DNA of 63,875 nt, the filler included, from Nemertoderma westbladi (lineage: Eukaryota; Animalia; Xenacoelomorpha), in NCBI GenBank assembly GCA_032718475.1. It is 3 parts of 3 records of this genome, joined end to end, with 100 filler letters (N's around TTAATTAATTAA, not from the genome) between each part and the next. Parts side by side here need not be neighbours in the genome. Positions count along the whole stretch, not along the records: positions 22,777 to 42,221 come from JAUCBJ010007357.1; 2 more parts are not named here. One strand, written 5' to 3'. Under the pieces are notes generated by a model, which was not told the origin of the DNA, made no database searches, and was given only the letters and a program-made list of their open reading frames with translations. The translations under genes were made by a program, and so were the position numbers. Of this stretch, positions 23,307 through 36,005 are shown piece after piece (the first letter of the stretch is position 1; every line of letters starts with the position of its first letter).

Positions 23307-26300
23307 TATTTATAAATACTTGAAATAAAGTAACATTATTCTTTCAGTATGATTGTACCGTGCGGAGATATCACGAGACCGCTGATAAGTCGTCATAATA
23401 ATATAACAAAATACATAATATGTTCTAGAATGGTTTGTATCCGATGGCAGAGGTACGATAATGAAAATGGTGTGAATGGGTGTCGCCTGAGTCCTGAGTG
23501 CCTTGTAAATAAATACCTTATACTGTATTACCTATACTGTAAGTAACTTGTAATAAATACCGTTGTTTATATTATCCTCCAAAAATTCCATCCCCCATTT
23601 TCTTTACTCTCCCCCAAACAAAACTCTTTTAGAATTGTTAACTTTCTCAGGGAGACAACACATTTATTGAACTGTTATTTGTTAATTTGTACGGTTATTT
23701 TGTACGAGTAACTATTATAACTAACTAACTAACTAACTAAGTAACTAAGTAACTAACGTAATAATAGTTACGAATAGTTTAACAGTTCATTAGATAGTTG
23801 TCTCCCCTAAATCCCGTAATAAATTCTATATCATAATTTCCGTACTAAAAGTGTTATTTATTTCTTACGCAAATTGTGTTATATTGTACGGAAATTTGTA
23901 GCATTCTTGAAATCGTCAAGTTGTATTAATTCTACAGTATAATATTAGCTACCGCATTGTTACATAAATTATACTAAGAAAGATTCCCTATGAACATTAT
24001 GAAATAGGCCTACAATCATTCTAGAAAATATAAGTTTCCCGTTTCATTTAGCGCAATGTAGGCTACTATACTACATCTTGTCCTGGAATATAGTGTCGTT
24101 ATTCTGGTACATGGACCCCCCCCCCCCAAAATTTTTCTACAAATCTTAATGAGATTGCATGAAATTTGAAACAGAGATAGTTTCACCTCCCTCCTCCTGA
24201 CTGGGTGAGCCAGAAATTTTATTTTCGCTTTCGTTGTTTAGCTACAAACGTTTAAAAAAAGTGTCTCCGTCGATATAGCGCCAGTTACAACGTAGTTATT
24301 CTTCAAACTTTAAAGCTGCTGCGGCCGCTCGCCGCTGCCGCTCGCCGCTGCCGCTCGCCGCTCCTGTGGTGTATCATGGCCTTTAGTGATTTTTTGGTAC
24401 TATTGGAAAGCTGAAGAAGCAAAGATTCCAAATATGTAATAACATTTGAATTTGGTTGGGAAATAGCTGAGATATGGGTATTCGAAATTTGCATGTATTT
24501 GCTTCCGCTGCAGGCCATTTATTCCTTTTAATAAATACACAATGTTCTAGAATATTTTGTTTATCTCATAAGTAGCTTGGCAATAATGAATGCAATGCCT
24601 AAATGGTAATACTAGTATATGGATATTCATACATAATCAAAATGTATTTATTTTCCCTTTTGATGGATTTCAATATTTTTGGTGTTATCACCATATTTTG
24701 CATCAACATTGATGGTTACTGGCAGCCTCTCGCGTTTTTCAGCAAACAACTAAGACCTCCAGAACAGAGGTATAGCGCATTTGACAGGGAACTATTGGCC
24801 CTATACTTAGGTATTCGACACTTTCGTTATTTTCTGGATGGCCGAGAGTTCACGGCCTTTACAGACCATAAGCCTCTAACTATGGCAATCTCCAAAGCTT
24901 CAGACCCCTGGTCTCCTCGACAACAGCGACACCTGGCCTATGTCTCCGAATTTACAACAACAATCAAACATATATCAGGGAAAGATAACCTGGTCGCAGA
25001 CGCACTTTCACGAACAGGGGTCAATGAACTTTCTCTGTCAGTTCAGTCTGGTTTAGACTATATATCCATGGCAGTTGACCAATGTACTGACCCTGATATT
25101 CAGGCTTATCGCACTGCAATCAGCAGTTTGGTATTACAGGATGTGCCGTTTGAGCCAGGGGGCAATACTATACTATGTGATGTCTCACTGGGCCACCCTC
25201 GTCCAGTGGTTCCAGAGCCTTGGCGTCGCCAGGTATTCGATGTTATACACGGATTGTCACACCCCTCTATACGAGCCACACGTAAACTTATAGCTGATCG
25301 TTTTGTTTGGCATGGTATCCATAAACAAGTTGTAGAATGGGCCAAGTCATGCATTCCCTGCCAAACTGCAAAGATACAGCGCCACATAAAGGCTCCTATA
25401 CAACCAATCGCCATCCCTGAGAGACGCTTTGATCGCATACACGTGGATCTCGTGGGGCCTTTACCAGTCTGTCAAGGTTACTCACACCTCCTTACCATTG
25501 TTGACAGAACTACTAGATGGCCCGAAGCCATTCCTCTGTCTGACACCTCAACACCAAGCTGTGCGAGGGCTTTAATACTCAACTGGATAGCCCGTTTTGG
25601 AATCCCCACTGACCTATCATCTGATAGAGGATCTCAGTTTACCTCGACACTGTGGGGTGAAGTGACAAAACTGTTAGGTGTACAACACCACAAGACCACC
25701 TCCTATCACCCACAGGCCAATGGCCTAGTAGAACGTTTCCACCGATCTCTAAAAGCATCACTAAAAGCCCGACTTAGTAGCCCCAATTGGTTAGATGAAC
25801 TGCCCTGGGCCCTCCTAGGTTATCGAACTGTACCAAAGGAAGACTTAGGCTGTTCCACGGCAGAACTCGTGTATGGATCGCCATTAACTGTCCCTGGGGA
25901 CTTCGTTCGCTCCTCTACAGCTCCGTCAGACCCACAGGCACGGTTGACAGAAGTGAGGGAACAGGTGAAGCATTTTCTCCCACCCCTAACTACTCAACAC
26001 AGTAACACTTCCGCCTACGTTCCTTCAAAACTCCATAACAGTAATTATGTGTTCATCCGTAGAGACTCACATCGAACACCCTTACAGTGACCGTACGAGG
26101 GTCCATTCAAAGTTATTTCAACTGGACCCAAAACGTTTACTGTAGATTTCAGCGGGAAGCCTCAAACCATCTCAATAGATCGATTGAAACCTGCCCATTT
26201 AGACTCTGATCACCCGGTTACGGTTTTTATACCACGTCGCAGGGGCCGCCCGCCTATGAAACATAAAATCGAACTTAGAGCGCCACCCAGCGCCAATATA

Positions 26301-27349
26301 CCTCCCCAGACTTTCACTAGACCTCTAGCCCCACGTAGAACTGACAGAGTTGCATGCCCTCCGAAATACTATGGATTCACTTAGAGGTTTTGGGGGGAAT
26401 ATTGTGGTGGTCTTGAGGAGTAAAACCTCTATGGGACTGGATGGCTCGCCCCAAGCAGGACTGTCGTCTGTTACCGGTACTTATTAGTAGGCCTAGTTCT
26501 CAGTCATGCAATATTGAATCTATGAATTTAGCAATATATGTTCCGCCGATATTGAAACCGCTACAGCACCCACTTCCAAAAAAATAAGTTTGAGATGTCT
26601 CGTTAGATTTTCATTTATTCTATTGAATTCAGAACTGCCATAAACCTGTAAAATGCAGAAATAGGTTGTGACATTCAATTGAACTATTGGATGGCTTTTC
26701 AAAATTTCGTGTTTGCACCAAATTTTGCACCCAGGATCGAAAAATACAAGTGTGATGTCTGGTGCAACTCATATATTCCATAAAAATCATCACCCTGAAA
26801 AACTCTTTTACGCAAAAAGCAGATTCACACAATCATTTTACAATATTGACATATTAAAATTTTTGTGCTAGCACCAAAATTTGGCACCCGCCTAAACAAA
26901 GAAGTTTGAAATTTCTAGCACATTTTATGTATTCCATCACATTGCGAACACCAAAAAAACCGATGTAATTCAAAAATAAAGGTGTTACAAATCATATACC
27001 ATGAAAAGTAATTTTCCAAAAACGTCTCATAAAAAGTGTCAAAAAAGGTGCCATAACTCGAAAAATTATCAATATTTTTAAAATCGTTTTCTAGGAAGAC
27101 AATAGATTCTTAAAGTCATAAATTTCAGATTCCCAACTGTGTTTGTTTCAGAGTTACAGTATATAACAAAAAATCCACGGTGGGATCATATTGACCCCCC
27201 CCCCGTGTTTAATAGGATTAGTAAGTAATATGTATATTCTTACTGAAAGAAATGTTATATAAATTATAGACAAGTACAGTCGACTATGTTCGTTACCTTA
27301 TTGTATGCCTCTAAGGCTTTCGATAGAATCAATCACGATGTTATTTTTG
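23307..27349 (+). repeat. Copy 1 of a 2.1-kb local duplication, interrupted by a Gypsy fragment
   Basis: 23307-24702 plus ~26566-27349 are near-identical to 32020-34117. Confidence 0.93.
24703..26500 (+). mobile_element. Ty3/Gypsy pol fragment (RNase H, integrase) with PPT and start of 3' LTR
   Basis: RYSAFDRELLALY, FTDHKPL, HPSIRAT..CIPC, HVDLVGPLP, SDRGSQF, NGLVERFH and a GPF module after a TGA at 26088. GGGGGGAATAT is followed by TG at 26403. Confidence 0.92.
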
Positions 27350-28200
27350 CCAGTGGAGTAGATGGTGTTCCCCCTGAGGTCTTTAAAATACCTGAGTGTT
27401 TAAAGCTCATCTATCCCATCATAGTAGACATGTACCGTACAACAAGAGTCCCACAAGAAATGAAAACAAATAAGTTGGTGCCAGTTCCCAAGAAGGGCAA
27501 CCTAACACTCTATGGTTCTTTTCAGGGAATCTCATTGATCTCAATTGCTGCAAAGCTATACAATAGAATTCTATTAAATCGCATCAGAGATCCCATTGAG
27601 AGACTGCTCCGTGGAAATCAGAATGGGTTCCGTAAAGGTCGTGGGACCATGGAGCCCATTTTGGCACTTAGAAGGATAATTGAAGAGTTATCAAAAAAGA
27701 AAGACAGCATCTGGCTGTTATCTTTGTTGACTTCTTCAAGGCCTTTGATTCAGTCTCTCGCTCACGTATGTTCAGCATACTTTCATTATATGGGATTCCT
27801 GATGAAATTATTGCAGCAATCAGATCTGTATACGATGGTTCGACAACATTTGTGTCTACTGTTGACGGTGACACAGAACCATTTGAAGTGTTATGGGGCA
27901 TCCTCCAGGGAGACACACTTGCACCATTCTTGTTCATAATTGTTGTTGACTATGTTCTACGCATGTCCTTAGATCATCATAATGATGATGGGGTGATGAT
28001 AACTCCACCTACTGGCTCCAGAAGTCGAGGAAATCCTGCCAAGTACCTAACGATCTAGACTTTGCTGATGACTTAGGAGTACTCTCAGAATCACTAGAGG
28101 GAGCCCAGCGGCTCCTCAGCTCATTAGAACATGCTGCTTCTAGTGTTGGTCTTTTTATTAACTCCGGAAAGACCAAAATTTTGACAGTTAACTTTGAAAG
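27350..28200 (+). mobile_element. Second RTE-type LINE RT fragment, same family as 20719-21710
   Basis: GVDGVPPEVFK, PVPKKGNL, QNGFRKGRGT, QGDTLAPFLF. 27832-28200 is near-identical to 20719-21088. Confidence 0.9.
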
Positions 28201-28254
28201 AATAGGGTGTATTTATTAAATAGACTAAAATTTCCTCGCGCAGGTGCAAAACCA

Positions 28255-28560
28255 TGCCACTTTTGAACGCTCATATCTCAGCTATTTTACGTCGAAATTC
28301 AGATTCTGTTACTTATTTGGAATCATTGTGTAACTGGTCTAATATCGCTGGGGACACTTTTTTTAAACGCTTGTAGCTAAAGATTGAAAGCAAAAATAAA
28401 AATTCTGGCTCACCCAGTCAGTGGTCGGGAGGTGAAACTATCTTTGTTTCAAATTTCATGCAATCTCATTACGATTTGTAAAAAAATTAGGGAGGGGGGG
28501 GGGGGGGGGGGGGGGGGGGGCGTGTCACTGAATTACGACACTATATTCTGGAACATGGTG
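28255..28560 (-). mobile_element. MITE-family copy, inverted relative to copies at ~24075 and ~32775
   Basis: TCTGGCTCACCCA..GGGAGGTGAAACTATCT.TGTTTCAAATTTCATGCAATCTC, a poly-G tract and CGACACTATATTC are reverse complements of 24080-24250. Confidence 0.7.
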
Positions 28561-28706
28561 TAGTGTGATCATAAATGTGATTATTATTCTTGCACAATAT
28601 ATTGTTCTATATTTCATGGAAAACTGTCGTCAATTATAATTTATAATAAATAACATTCAGTGGTTTGTTATACGTTATACATAACGATATGTGATGTATG
28701 TGATAC

Positions 28707-28950
28707 ACATACAATATTGCAATGTTCTAAAGTTAATATACGGAAATAATAACCTGAAGCGAATAAAACTGAATAATCACTGATGCCGTTCCAGAAGCAA
28801 ATTATCCTGTATAATTACCGAGGCCGCAGGCCGAGGTTATTATATTAGGTTAATTTGCTGAAGGATAAGGCAGAAGTGATTATTACAGTTTTATTCGCTT
28901 CAGGTCTTTATTTCCGTATATTAACTCTAGAACATTGTAATATTGTGTTT
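28707..28950. mobile_element. Palindromic ~245-bp MITE-like element
   Basis: Arm ACAATATTGCAATGTTCTA..GTTAATATACGGAAATAA..CCTGAAGCGAATAAAACTG is mirrored around a central CCGAGGCCGCAGGCCGAGG. Confidence 0.75.
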
Positions 28951-30313
28951 ATTGTTAATTAGAGCATATTGAACGAACAACATAACAGCATACTGTACTT
29001 TGTACTTTTAAGAAACCTGTTCTAATACATATTCAATTTTTTCAAGCCTTGCGTAGCATTTAAATCCATTTCCTTGAATTAATATCGCTCCAGAGGTCGT
29101 GGGGTTCTACCCATGCAGGCGGGCCAGGATAGTTTTCGTTTTGGCACAAATGCTAAGGGACTAACCAAACCAGGGCGCATATTTGCTTTGTTAATTAAAT
29201 GGTCGTTAAATGAGTACCAGTTATCTCTTTGCCTGTAAGAAGTATAGTTCTGCGGGGTCTATACTGGAAATGAGTCGTGAGACCTTTTCTATTTTTCGTA
29301 CTTGTTTCAAGGAGGTCTCCTTGTCTTTTATTTTCATTTCCGCACTCATTGCCTCTATCATAAGAAGGACGACCGAATCTGTGCAACTACTGTATATTTT
29401 TTTCATTATCTATTTTATAAATTGTTGCAGAAATCACGTTATTATAGATTCTTCAATACTAGACTCTTTTCACTGATAAATTAGTAAAGATAAAGCCAAC
29501 TTTACTATGGATATTCATAATAATAATACGATTTGTTGGTATTTTTAATAACACTAGCTACTGTACCATTTTTATGAATGCACTAACTACCATTGAAAAC
29601 ACTAGCTACTGTACCATAAAAATTAAACATGTACCGAGTCGGAAATATGTTCCAGAACATAAATCAACAGCCAAAACAGCTATAAAACAGTTATACAAAG
29701 GCAGAATAATTGTCACACGGGTTACACTAGTAAGCCCCCCCCCCCCCCCCCCCCCCCCCCCCAGTAAAATTTAATGAAATTAGTAAGATGGCAAACAACG
29801 AAAAGATCTTAAGTTATTTTTATCCCGTTTCTATCTAATTTAATGATGCTCGATTGGGTTTTGGTGAGGTCTGTTTGTAATAAGAGTTTACGAGTTAATA
29901 AGAGTTAAGAGTTTGATCATTCTTACGAATACTGGAGTAAAATTTAAAGTGCCAATCTGTTAATGAAATGCTTCTTGAGATGGTCATTTTGCTTAATGTG
30001 AAATACAGTATATACAATACAGTAGCTACAGTAGGTCTACATGTGAAAAACCGTATCAAAATTGATATATTGCTGTACCATAGGATAATAAATAAAATTA
30101 TATGAATATACTGCAACATATATTTTCTAGAATCCCGTATCAGAGCAATTTCTAAGATAAGAGTATAATTTTAGGAAAAAGCAACATTTATAGAACATTT
30201 TTTTAAAATTATACGATTATAATTTTAGCTAGTTTCCGTAGCAATATGCGAAAATTAACAATAAACAATAATATTTGTTAATTTGTTCTGTTAGGTTAAA
30301 TATAAAGTTCAAG

Positions 30314-31549
30314 TTACTCATTTATAACTGTTATCTTACTAATATTGAAAAGTTCTGCCCAATATCGTCGAAATGGTCCATTGAGTAACAATTGCGAATT
30401 CTTCTTCTTATTCAGATGAAGATAATCTAGATGTATTTGCATATCCATCTCTCTCAATTGTAATTGATACTCCTTAATCTTTTCCAAAGCCGTATCTAGT
30501 AATTCCTTCACAATATTTAACCTACTCGTATTACTCGTCACGTTATCCATCATATTCTGCATTATTGTCGCCTCCATCTCACTTTGCCTTATCATTTGAT
30601 TCAAACTTTGCACAACAAAGAGATGAAATAATTTTTTGCTATTTTCAATTTTGATTTGTTTGACATGTTTTAACACCTCTTCAAGATTATCACTCAGTTT
30701 ACATGTTCGCCCATCGATATTATGTTGACTTTCAATTTGGGCAAATAATTTATTCGTAAAATTCGAAATGATTAAAAATAATTTCAATATATTCTTGTCC
30801 ATTACATCACTCAGGTAATGTTTTTGCGAGTATTTTTCTTTCTCATACTGGGTGTCAATTTCTTCATGCAAAAACAACATTTGCCTTTTCAAACAATCAA
30901 TAACATCGGCGTTATCTAGTTGCTCCAATTCTTCCATTGTCATTACTTTAAGGTCTTCTGTTATTTTATTAAATATTTTTGTTTGTTTCTGGAATTTTAT
31001 TACAATTCTATTGATTACGTAAAGTTTGACTTTTTTCATGTCTTCATCAATATTGTTTGTAAGTTTGGCAATTATATGAATAGCACCGCTAGGTTGACAT
31101 ATACAAGGCAGCGTATTGCCACTATCTTCTTCTTGAGAGTGAGGCTGCGACTTCCAGTACTTCATCAGTAATATAATTTTCCGCCCAAAGTCTCCACTAT
31201 CAGCACTGTTTACAAATTTAACTTCTACTTTACTGCCAAACTCATCTGCGTCACGGATAACAATATCAAAAGCCTTACGCGTCGATCCTGCTGAGAAATC
31301 AAAATATTTGTTCTCAGTAATGAGTGGATAATATTTTATATTGGTGAGTATGCAACTGGAACTGGTAGAACCTGGTTGGTCTGCTGTGATTGTACCGTCG
31401 TCTGTGTGAATGATACGAATTGGGTTATTGGTGGAAATACAACTGAATAATTCTTCTTCTTCCACATCTTGAGCGCGAGTGTTGTAGCGAAACCGAACAA
31501 TTCGAGACGCCTTAAGTGAAACGCAATAAGGAATGATGAGTCGCTCCAT
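30314..31549 (-). CDS. Intronless ~411-aa protein of unknown function (beta-rich N-terminus, helical/coiled-coil C-terminus)
   Basis: Long stop-free ORF in AT-rich DNA, first ATG at 31549. No recognised motif. Confidence 0.6.
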   Translation of the reverse strand: MERLIIPYCVSLKASRIVRFRYNTRAQDVEEEELFSCISTNNPIRIIHTDDGTITADQPGSTSSSCILTNIKYYPLITENKYFDFSAGSTRKAFDIVIRDADEFGSKVEVKFVNSADSGDFGRKIILLMKYWKSQPHSQEEDSGNTLPCICQPSGAIHIIAKLTNNIDEDMKKVKLYVINRIVIKFQKQTKIFNKITEDLKVMTMEELEQLDNADVIDCLKRQMLFLHEEIDTQYEKEKYSQKHYLSDVMDKNILKLFLIISNFTNKLFAQIESQHNIDGRTCKLSDNLEEVLKHVKQIKIENSKKLFHLFVVQSLNQMIRQSEMEATIMQNMMDNVTSNTSRLNIVKELLDTALEKIKEYQLQLREMDMQIHLDYLHLNKKKNSQLLLNGPFRRYWAELFNISKITVINE

Positions 31550-32019
31550 CGTAAACCGACGACACAAAACCGAAATATATCATTGTTTCATTATATTAAA
31601 CTACGGTTGCAGTGATAGCTCACCCTAATAGTTACTTGGGAGGTACCGGTACACCATTGCCTGGAATGTAGTGTCATATTTCAGGTACACCTTAGATTGT
31701 TTGCAATCAAATACCCACGCGCAGATCTGATGCTAAAACATGAAACTATCGAACGCTTAATCTCCTCTATTTATTATCAAAATTCCTATGTTTTGCACAT
31801 TTGTAATGGCAGAAAATCACACGGAAAAGCGATATATAAACTTTTTAAATTGAAAGATTATAGCTAAAATATTAATTCTTTCACACCCGTAAAACAGAAA
31901 ACAGAGCATGAATTAAGCACGAGAGGATATGAAAATAAGGTGTACCTGAATTAAATAACTATATTGCCATGTCGACGTGAAATAAAGTAAACTAAATGAT
32001 GGGCTACGGGGTGTTATAC

Positions 32020-34117
32020 TATTTATAAATACTTGAAATAAAGTAACATTATTCTTTCAGTATGATTGTACCGTGCGGAGATATCACGAGACCGCTGATA
32101 AGTTGTCATAATAATATTACAAAATACATAATATGTTCTAGAATGGTTTGTATCCGATGGCAGAGGTACGATAATGAAAATGGTGTGAATGGGTGTCGCC
32201 TGAGTCCTGAGTGCCTTGTAAATAAATACCTTATACTGTATTACCTATACTGTAAGTAACTTGTAATAAATACCGTTGTTTATATTATCCTCCAAAAATT
32301 CCATCCCCCATTTTTTTTACTCTCCCCCAAACAAACTCTTTTAGAATTGTTAACTTTCTCAGGGAGACAACACATTTATTGAACTGATATTTGTTAATTT
32401 GTACGGTTATTTTGTACGAGTAACTATTATAACTAACTAACTAACTAACTAAGTAACTAACGTAATAATAGTTACGAATAGTTTAACAGTTCATTAGATA
32501 GTTGTCTCCCCTAAATCCCGTAATAAATTCTATATCATAATGTTAGCATAGTGTTATTTATTTCTTACGCAAATTGTGTTATATTGTACGGAAATTTGTA
32601 GCATTCTTGAAATCGTCAAGTTGTATTAATTCTACAGTATAATATTAGCTACCGCATTGTTACATAAATTATACTAAGAAAGATTCCCTATGAACATTAT
32701 GAAATAGGCCTACAATCATTCTAGAAAATATAAGTTTCCCGTTTCATTTAGCGCAATGTAGGCTACTATACTACACCTTGTCCTGGAATATAGTGTCGTT
32801 ATTCTGGTACAGGACCCCCCCCCCCCAAATTTTTCTTCAAATCTTAATGAGATTGCATGAAATTTGAAACAGAGATAGTTTCACTTCCCTCCTCCTTGTT
32901 GGGTGAGCCAGAATTTTTATTTTCGCTTTCATTCTTTAGCTACAAACGTTTGAAAAAAGGGTCTCCATCAATATTACACCAGTTACACCATAGTTATTCT
33001 TCAAAACTTTTAGTGATTTTTTGGTACTATTGGAAAGCTGACCATGCAAGGATTCCAAATATGTACTAATATTTGAATTTGGTTGCGAAATAGCTGAGAT
33101 ATGGGTATTCGAAATTTGCAATGTATTTCCTTCCGCTGCAGGCCATTTATTCCTTTTAATAAATACACAATGTTCTAGAACATTCTCATAAGTAGCTTCA
33201 TCTCATAAGTAGTTTGGCAACAATGCAATGCCTAAATGGTAATACTAGTATATGGATATTCATACATAATAAAAATGTATTTATTATCCCTTTTGATGGA
33301 TTTCAATATTTTTGGTGTTATCACCATATTTTGCACCCACTTCCGAAAATAATAGAGATGTTTCGTTAGATTTTCATTTATTCTATTGAATTCAGAACCG
33401 CCATAAACCTGTAAAATGCAGAAATAGGTTGTGACATTCAATTGAACTATTGGATGGCTTTTCAAAATTTCGTGTTTGCACCAAATTTTGCACCCAGGAT
33501 CGAAAAATACAAGTGTGATGTATGGTGCAACTCATATATTCCATAAAAATCATCACCCTGAAAAACTCTTTTACGCAAAAAGCAGATTCACACAATCATT
33601 TTACAATATTGACATATTAAAATTTTTGTTCTAGCACCAAAATTTGGCACCCGCCTAAACAAAGAAGTTTGAAATTTCTAGCACATTTTATATGTATTCC
33701 ATCACATTGCGAACACCAAAAAACCGATGTAATTCAAAAATAGAGGTGTTACAAATCATATACCATGAAAAGTAATTTTCCAAAAACGTCTCATAAAAAG
33801 TGTCAAAAAAGGTGCTATAACTCGAAAAATCATCAATATTTTTAAAATCGTTTTCTAGGAAGACAATAGATTCTTAAGAAAAGTCATAAAATTTCAGATT
33901 CCCAACTGTGTTTGTTTCAGAGCTACAGTATATAACAAAAAATCCACGGTGGGATTATATTGACCCCCCCCCCCCCCGTATTTAATAGGGTTAGTAAGTA
34001 ATATGTATATTCTTACTGAAAGAAATGTTATATAAATTATAGACAAGTACAGTCGACTATGTTCGTTACCTTATGCCTCTAAGGCTTTCGATAGAATCAA
34101 TCACGATGTTATTTTTG
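32020..34117 (+). repeat. Copy 2 (uninterrupted) of the 2.1-kb local duplication
   Basis: Reads CATATTTTGCACCCACTTCC across the site where copy 1 carries the Gypsy fragment. Confidence 0.93.
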
Positions 34118-34600
34118 ATAACCTAGACCACCGAGGAGTACCGGTGTATATAGTACGCTTAATGCTTTGGTATGTGGATCAATATTTCTGTGTTAATTGG
34201 GTTTCAGAAATTTAATCGTCTTTCTGTTTCGAACGGAGTGCGCCAGGGTTGAATGTGCAGCCAGTATTATATGGATACTTTATCCTCTAATTTAAATAAA
34301 TGCAAAGTTGGCTAATTAATAATAAACTGTGCAACAATTTTCTTTATGCTGACTGACGATTTAGTTTTAGTATCCCCTTCTGAAAAAGGAATGAAAAACT
34401 GTATATAATGTAATTGTCAGTGCTAAGAAATGTGATTTTATATATATTAGATGAGAATCTCAATCCAAGTGCTTTTTCCTTCCTTTAAATAAGTGAAACT
34501 TAATTTCCCATGTATAACTGATACTTTCTGACGATAAGGTTATCTTTGGACAAAGTAGGAACTTATATACAAATACAGTATGCAGGCAAATAGTTTGAAA
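34057..34600 (+). pseudogene. Highly degraded LINE RT fragment (L2/CR1 group)
   Basis: ASKAFDRINH, RGVP, NGVRQG and LYAD/DDLVL remnants across frameshifts. Confidence 0.65.
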
Positions 34601-35273
34601 AGGCGAATCTTTATGTGCTCTATAATGGAGTGGATGTAGTGAATCAATGTATTAAGTTCACATGTGGTCCAATTATACTAAGACAATGTACAACAAATTT
34701 ACAGTTTCTTTAAAAAAAAATGAATACTAATATTGGTTCAGAAAATATTATATAATTATAATATAGTTCTAGTACAGTATAAAACGTGCATGGCAAAAAG
34801 GTATCTCTGACAATTTTAAACTACCTATTTTCCAAAAAAATCATCTTGTTTGAGAAGGCAAATCCCTATACTTCTTCTGGTTGTACATCATTAATTTGCT
34901 ATTAATTAGCTATAAAATGTACAGCCGTAATATGATAGGACTCCGCATAAGTAATACATACCCACTCAAAGTAAATACCAACATCATTTCAAATTCTAGA
35001 ATGAAATAATTATACAAATATAAATGTGTCTATTTAATGAATTAATATTATAAACCACCAACAGCTGAACTTATATTATTAACAAAAATATAACTGCAAC
35101 CTGTGTGCTTTTGAATCTTCTTGTTTATTGTTTTGGTTATAATAGCCAGCCAGTGGAACTTGTTCATTTTAATAGTGATTGTAGGCCGTCCGCTGACGAC
35201 GAAAATAGCGTTTAAAAGAGTATAAACTATGTGTTTGCACTCCAGGTAAGTAAGTTATGTTAACCAGAGATGC

Positions 35274-35675
35274 TTAGCCCATTTTAGCTTGTTCTTTTTC
35301 CAACCAGAACGCATGCATGTAATTAGTTAGTTCAGAATTTACTCTGGGATGGTGCAGTCTGGGGTCGCTTTTATCCATCTCAACCAATGGTTCTACATCC
35401 CAGCCTATTTCCTGGGCCTCTGTCTGAGGTTTGTTTAGCTTCGCTTTGGGACCAAGGTTAGCTTTGTGCAGTTTCTCTAGGAACTCGACATCAATGAATT
35501 CGTCTTTGGGGGCTATCGAATTGGGTTTAGCGGTGATTATATGGACTTTCTGCATTGGGTTCACGTGGTATTCTTTCTGAATCTTTAACGTCCGCATCTC
35601 TTTCTCTATCGTTTCCACTAGTATCGCGTTCTGCGCGATCATACTCATCCCTTCCTTCTCCACCTTCTCACCCAT
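35274..35675 (-). CDS. CFAP144: Cilia/flagella-associated protein of the FAM183 family
   Basis: 133-aa intronless ORF with QNAILVETIEKE, NP..KVH.IT.KP and PQTEAQEIGW motifs typical of FAM183. Confidence 0.88.
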   Translation of the reverse strand: MGEKVEKEGMSMIAQNAILVETIEKEMRTLKIQKEYHVNPMQKVHIITAKPNSIAPKDEFIDVEFLEKLHKANLGPKAKLNKPQTEAQEIGWDVEPLVEMDKSDPRLHHPRVNSELTNYMHAFWLEKEQAKMG

Positions 35676-35723
35676 TTTATATTTAAATTAATTTCACTTC
35701 AATTTTTGTAATTAAAAAATAGT

Positions 35724-36005
35724 ATTGCCACAATATATGGGACGGGGGGGGGGGGGGGGGACTGGACGCAAATACCTTCTTGACGAATTAATATCCCGCC
35801 TCAATGTTAAATTCTCAAGTCGCAGGTTACAGTGGCACGATATTTTAACCACAACAATAAACGAAACACAATAGTACAGGTTATAGTTTTTTTTTAGAGT
35901 AAATCAGCTGTTATTTGCGTCCAATTTCCCCTGGAGAGTGATTAATTTTTATTGCGTCCAGTCCCCCCCCCCCCCCCCCCCCACCCCCCCCTCCTATCTG
36001 CAATA
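35724..36005. mobile_element. MITE-like element with poly-G/poly-C subterminal tracts
   Basis: G-run followed by ACTGGACGCAA is mirrored by TTGCGTCCAGT followed by a C-run. Confidence 0.6.

Noticed and set aside
24603-24702. Hydrophobic N-terminus of the 495-aa Gypsy ORF
   Set aside because: It derives from the flanking duplicated non-coding repeat, upstream of the insertion junction.
27286-27939. 217-aa RT ORF as a genuine gene
   Set aside because: It is a chimera of two LINE fragments with a frameshifted tail.
29100-29480. Possible Crypton recombinase remnant on the minus strand (LYFLQ...WYS)
   Set aside because: Too short and degenerate, with no catalytic motif visible.
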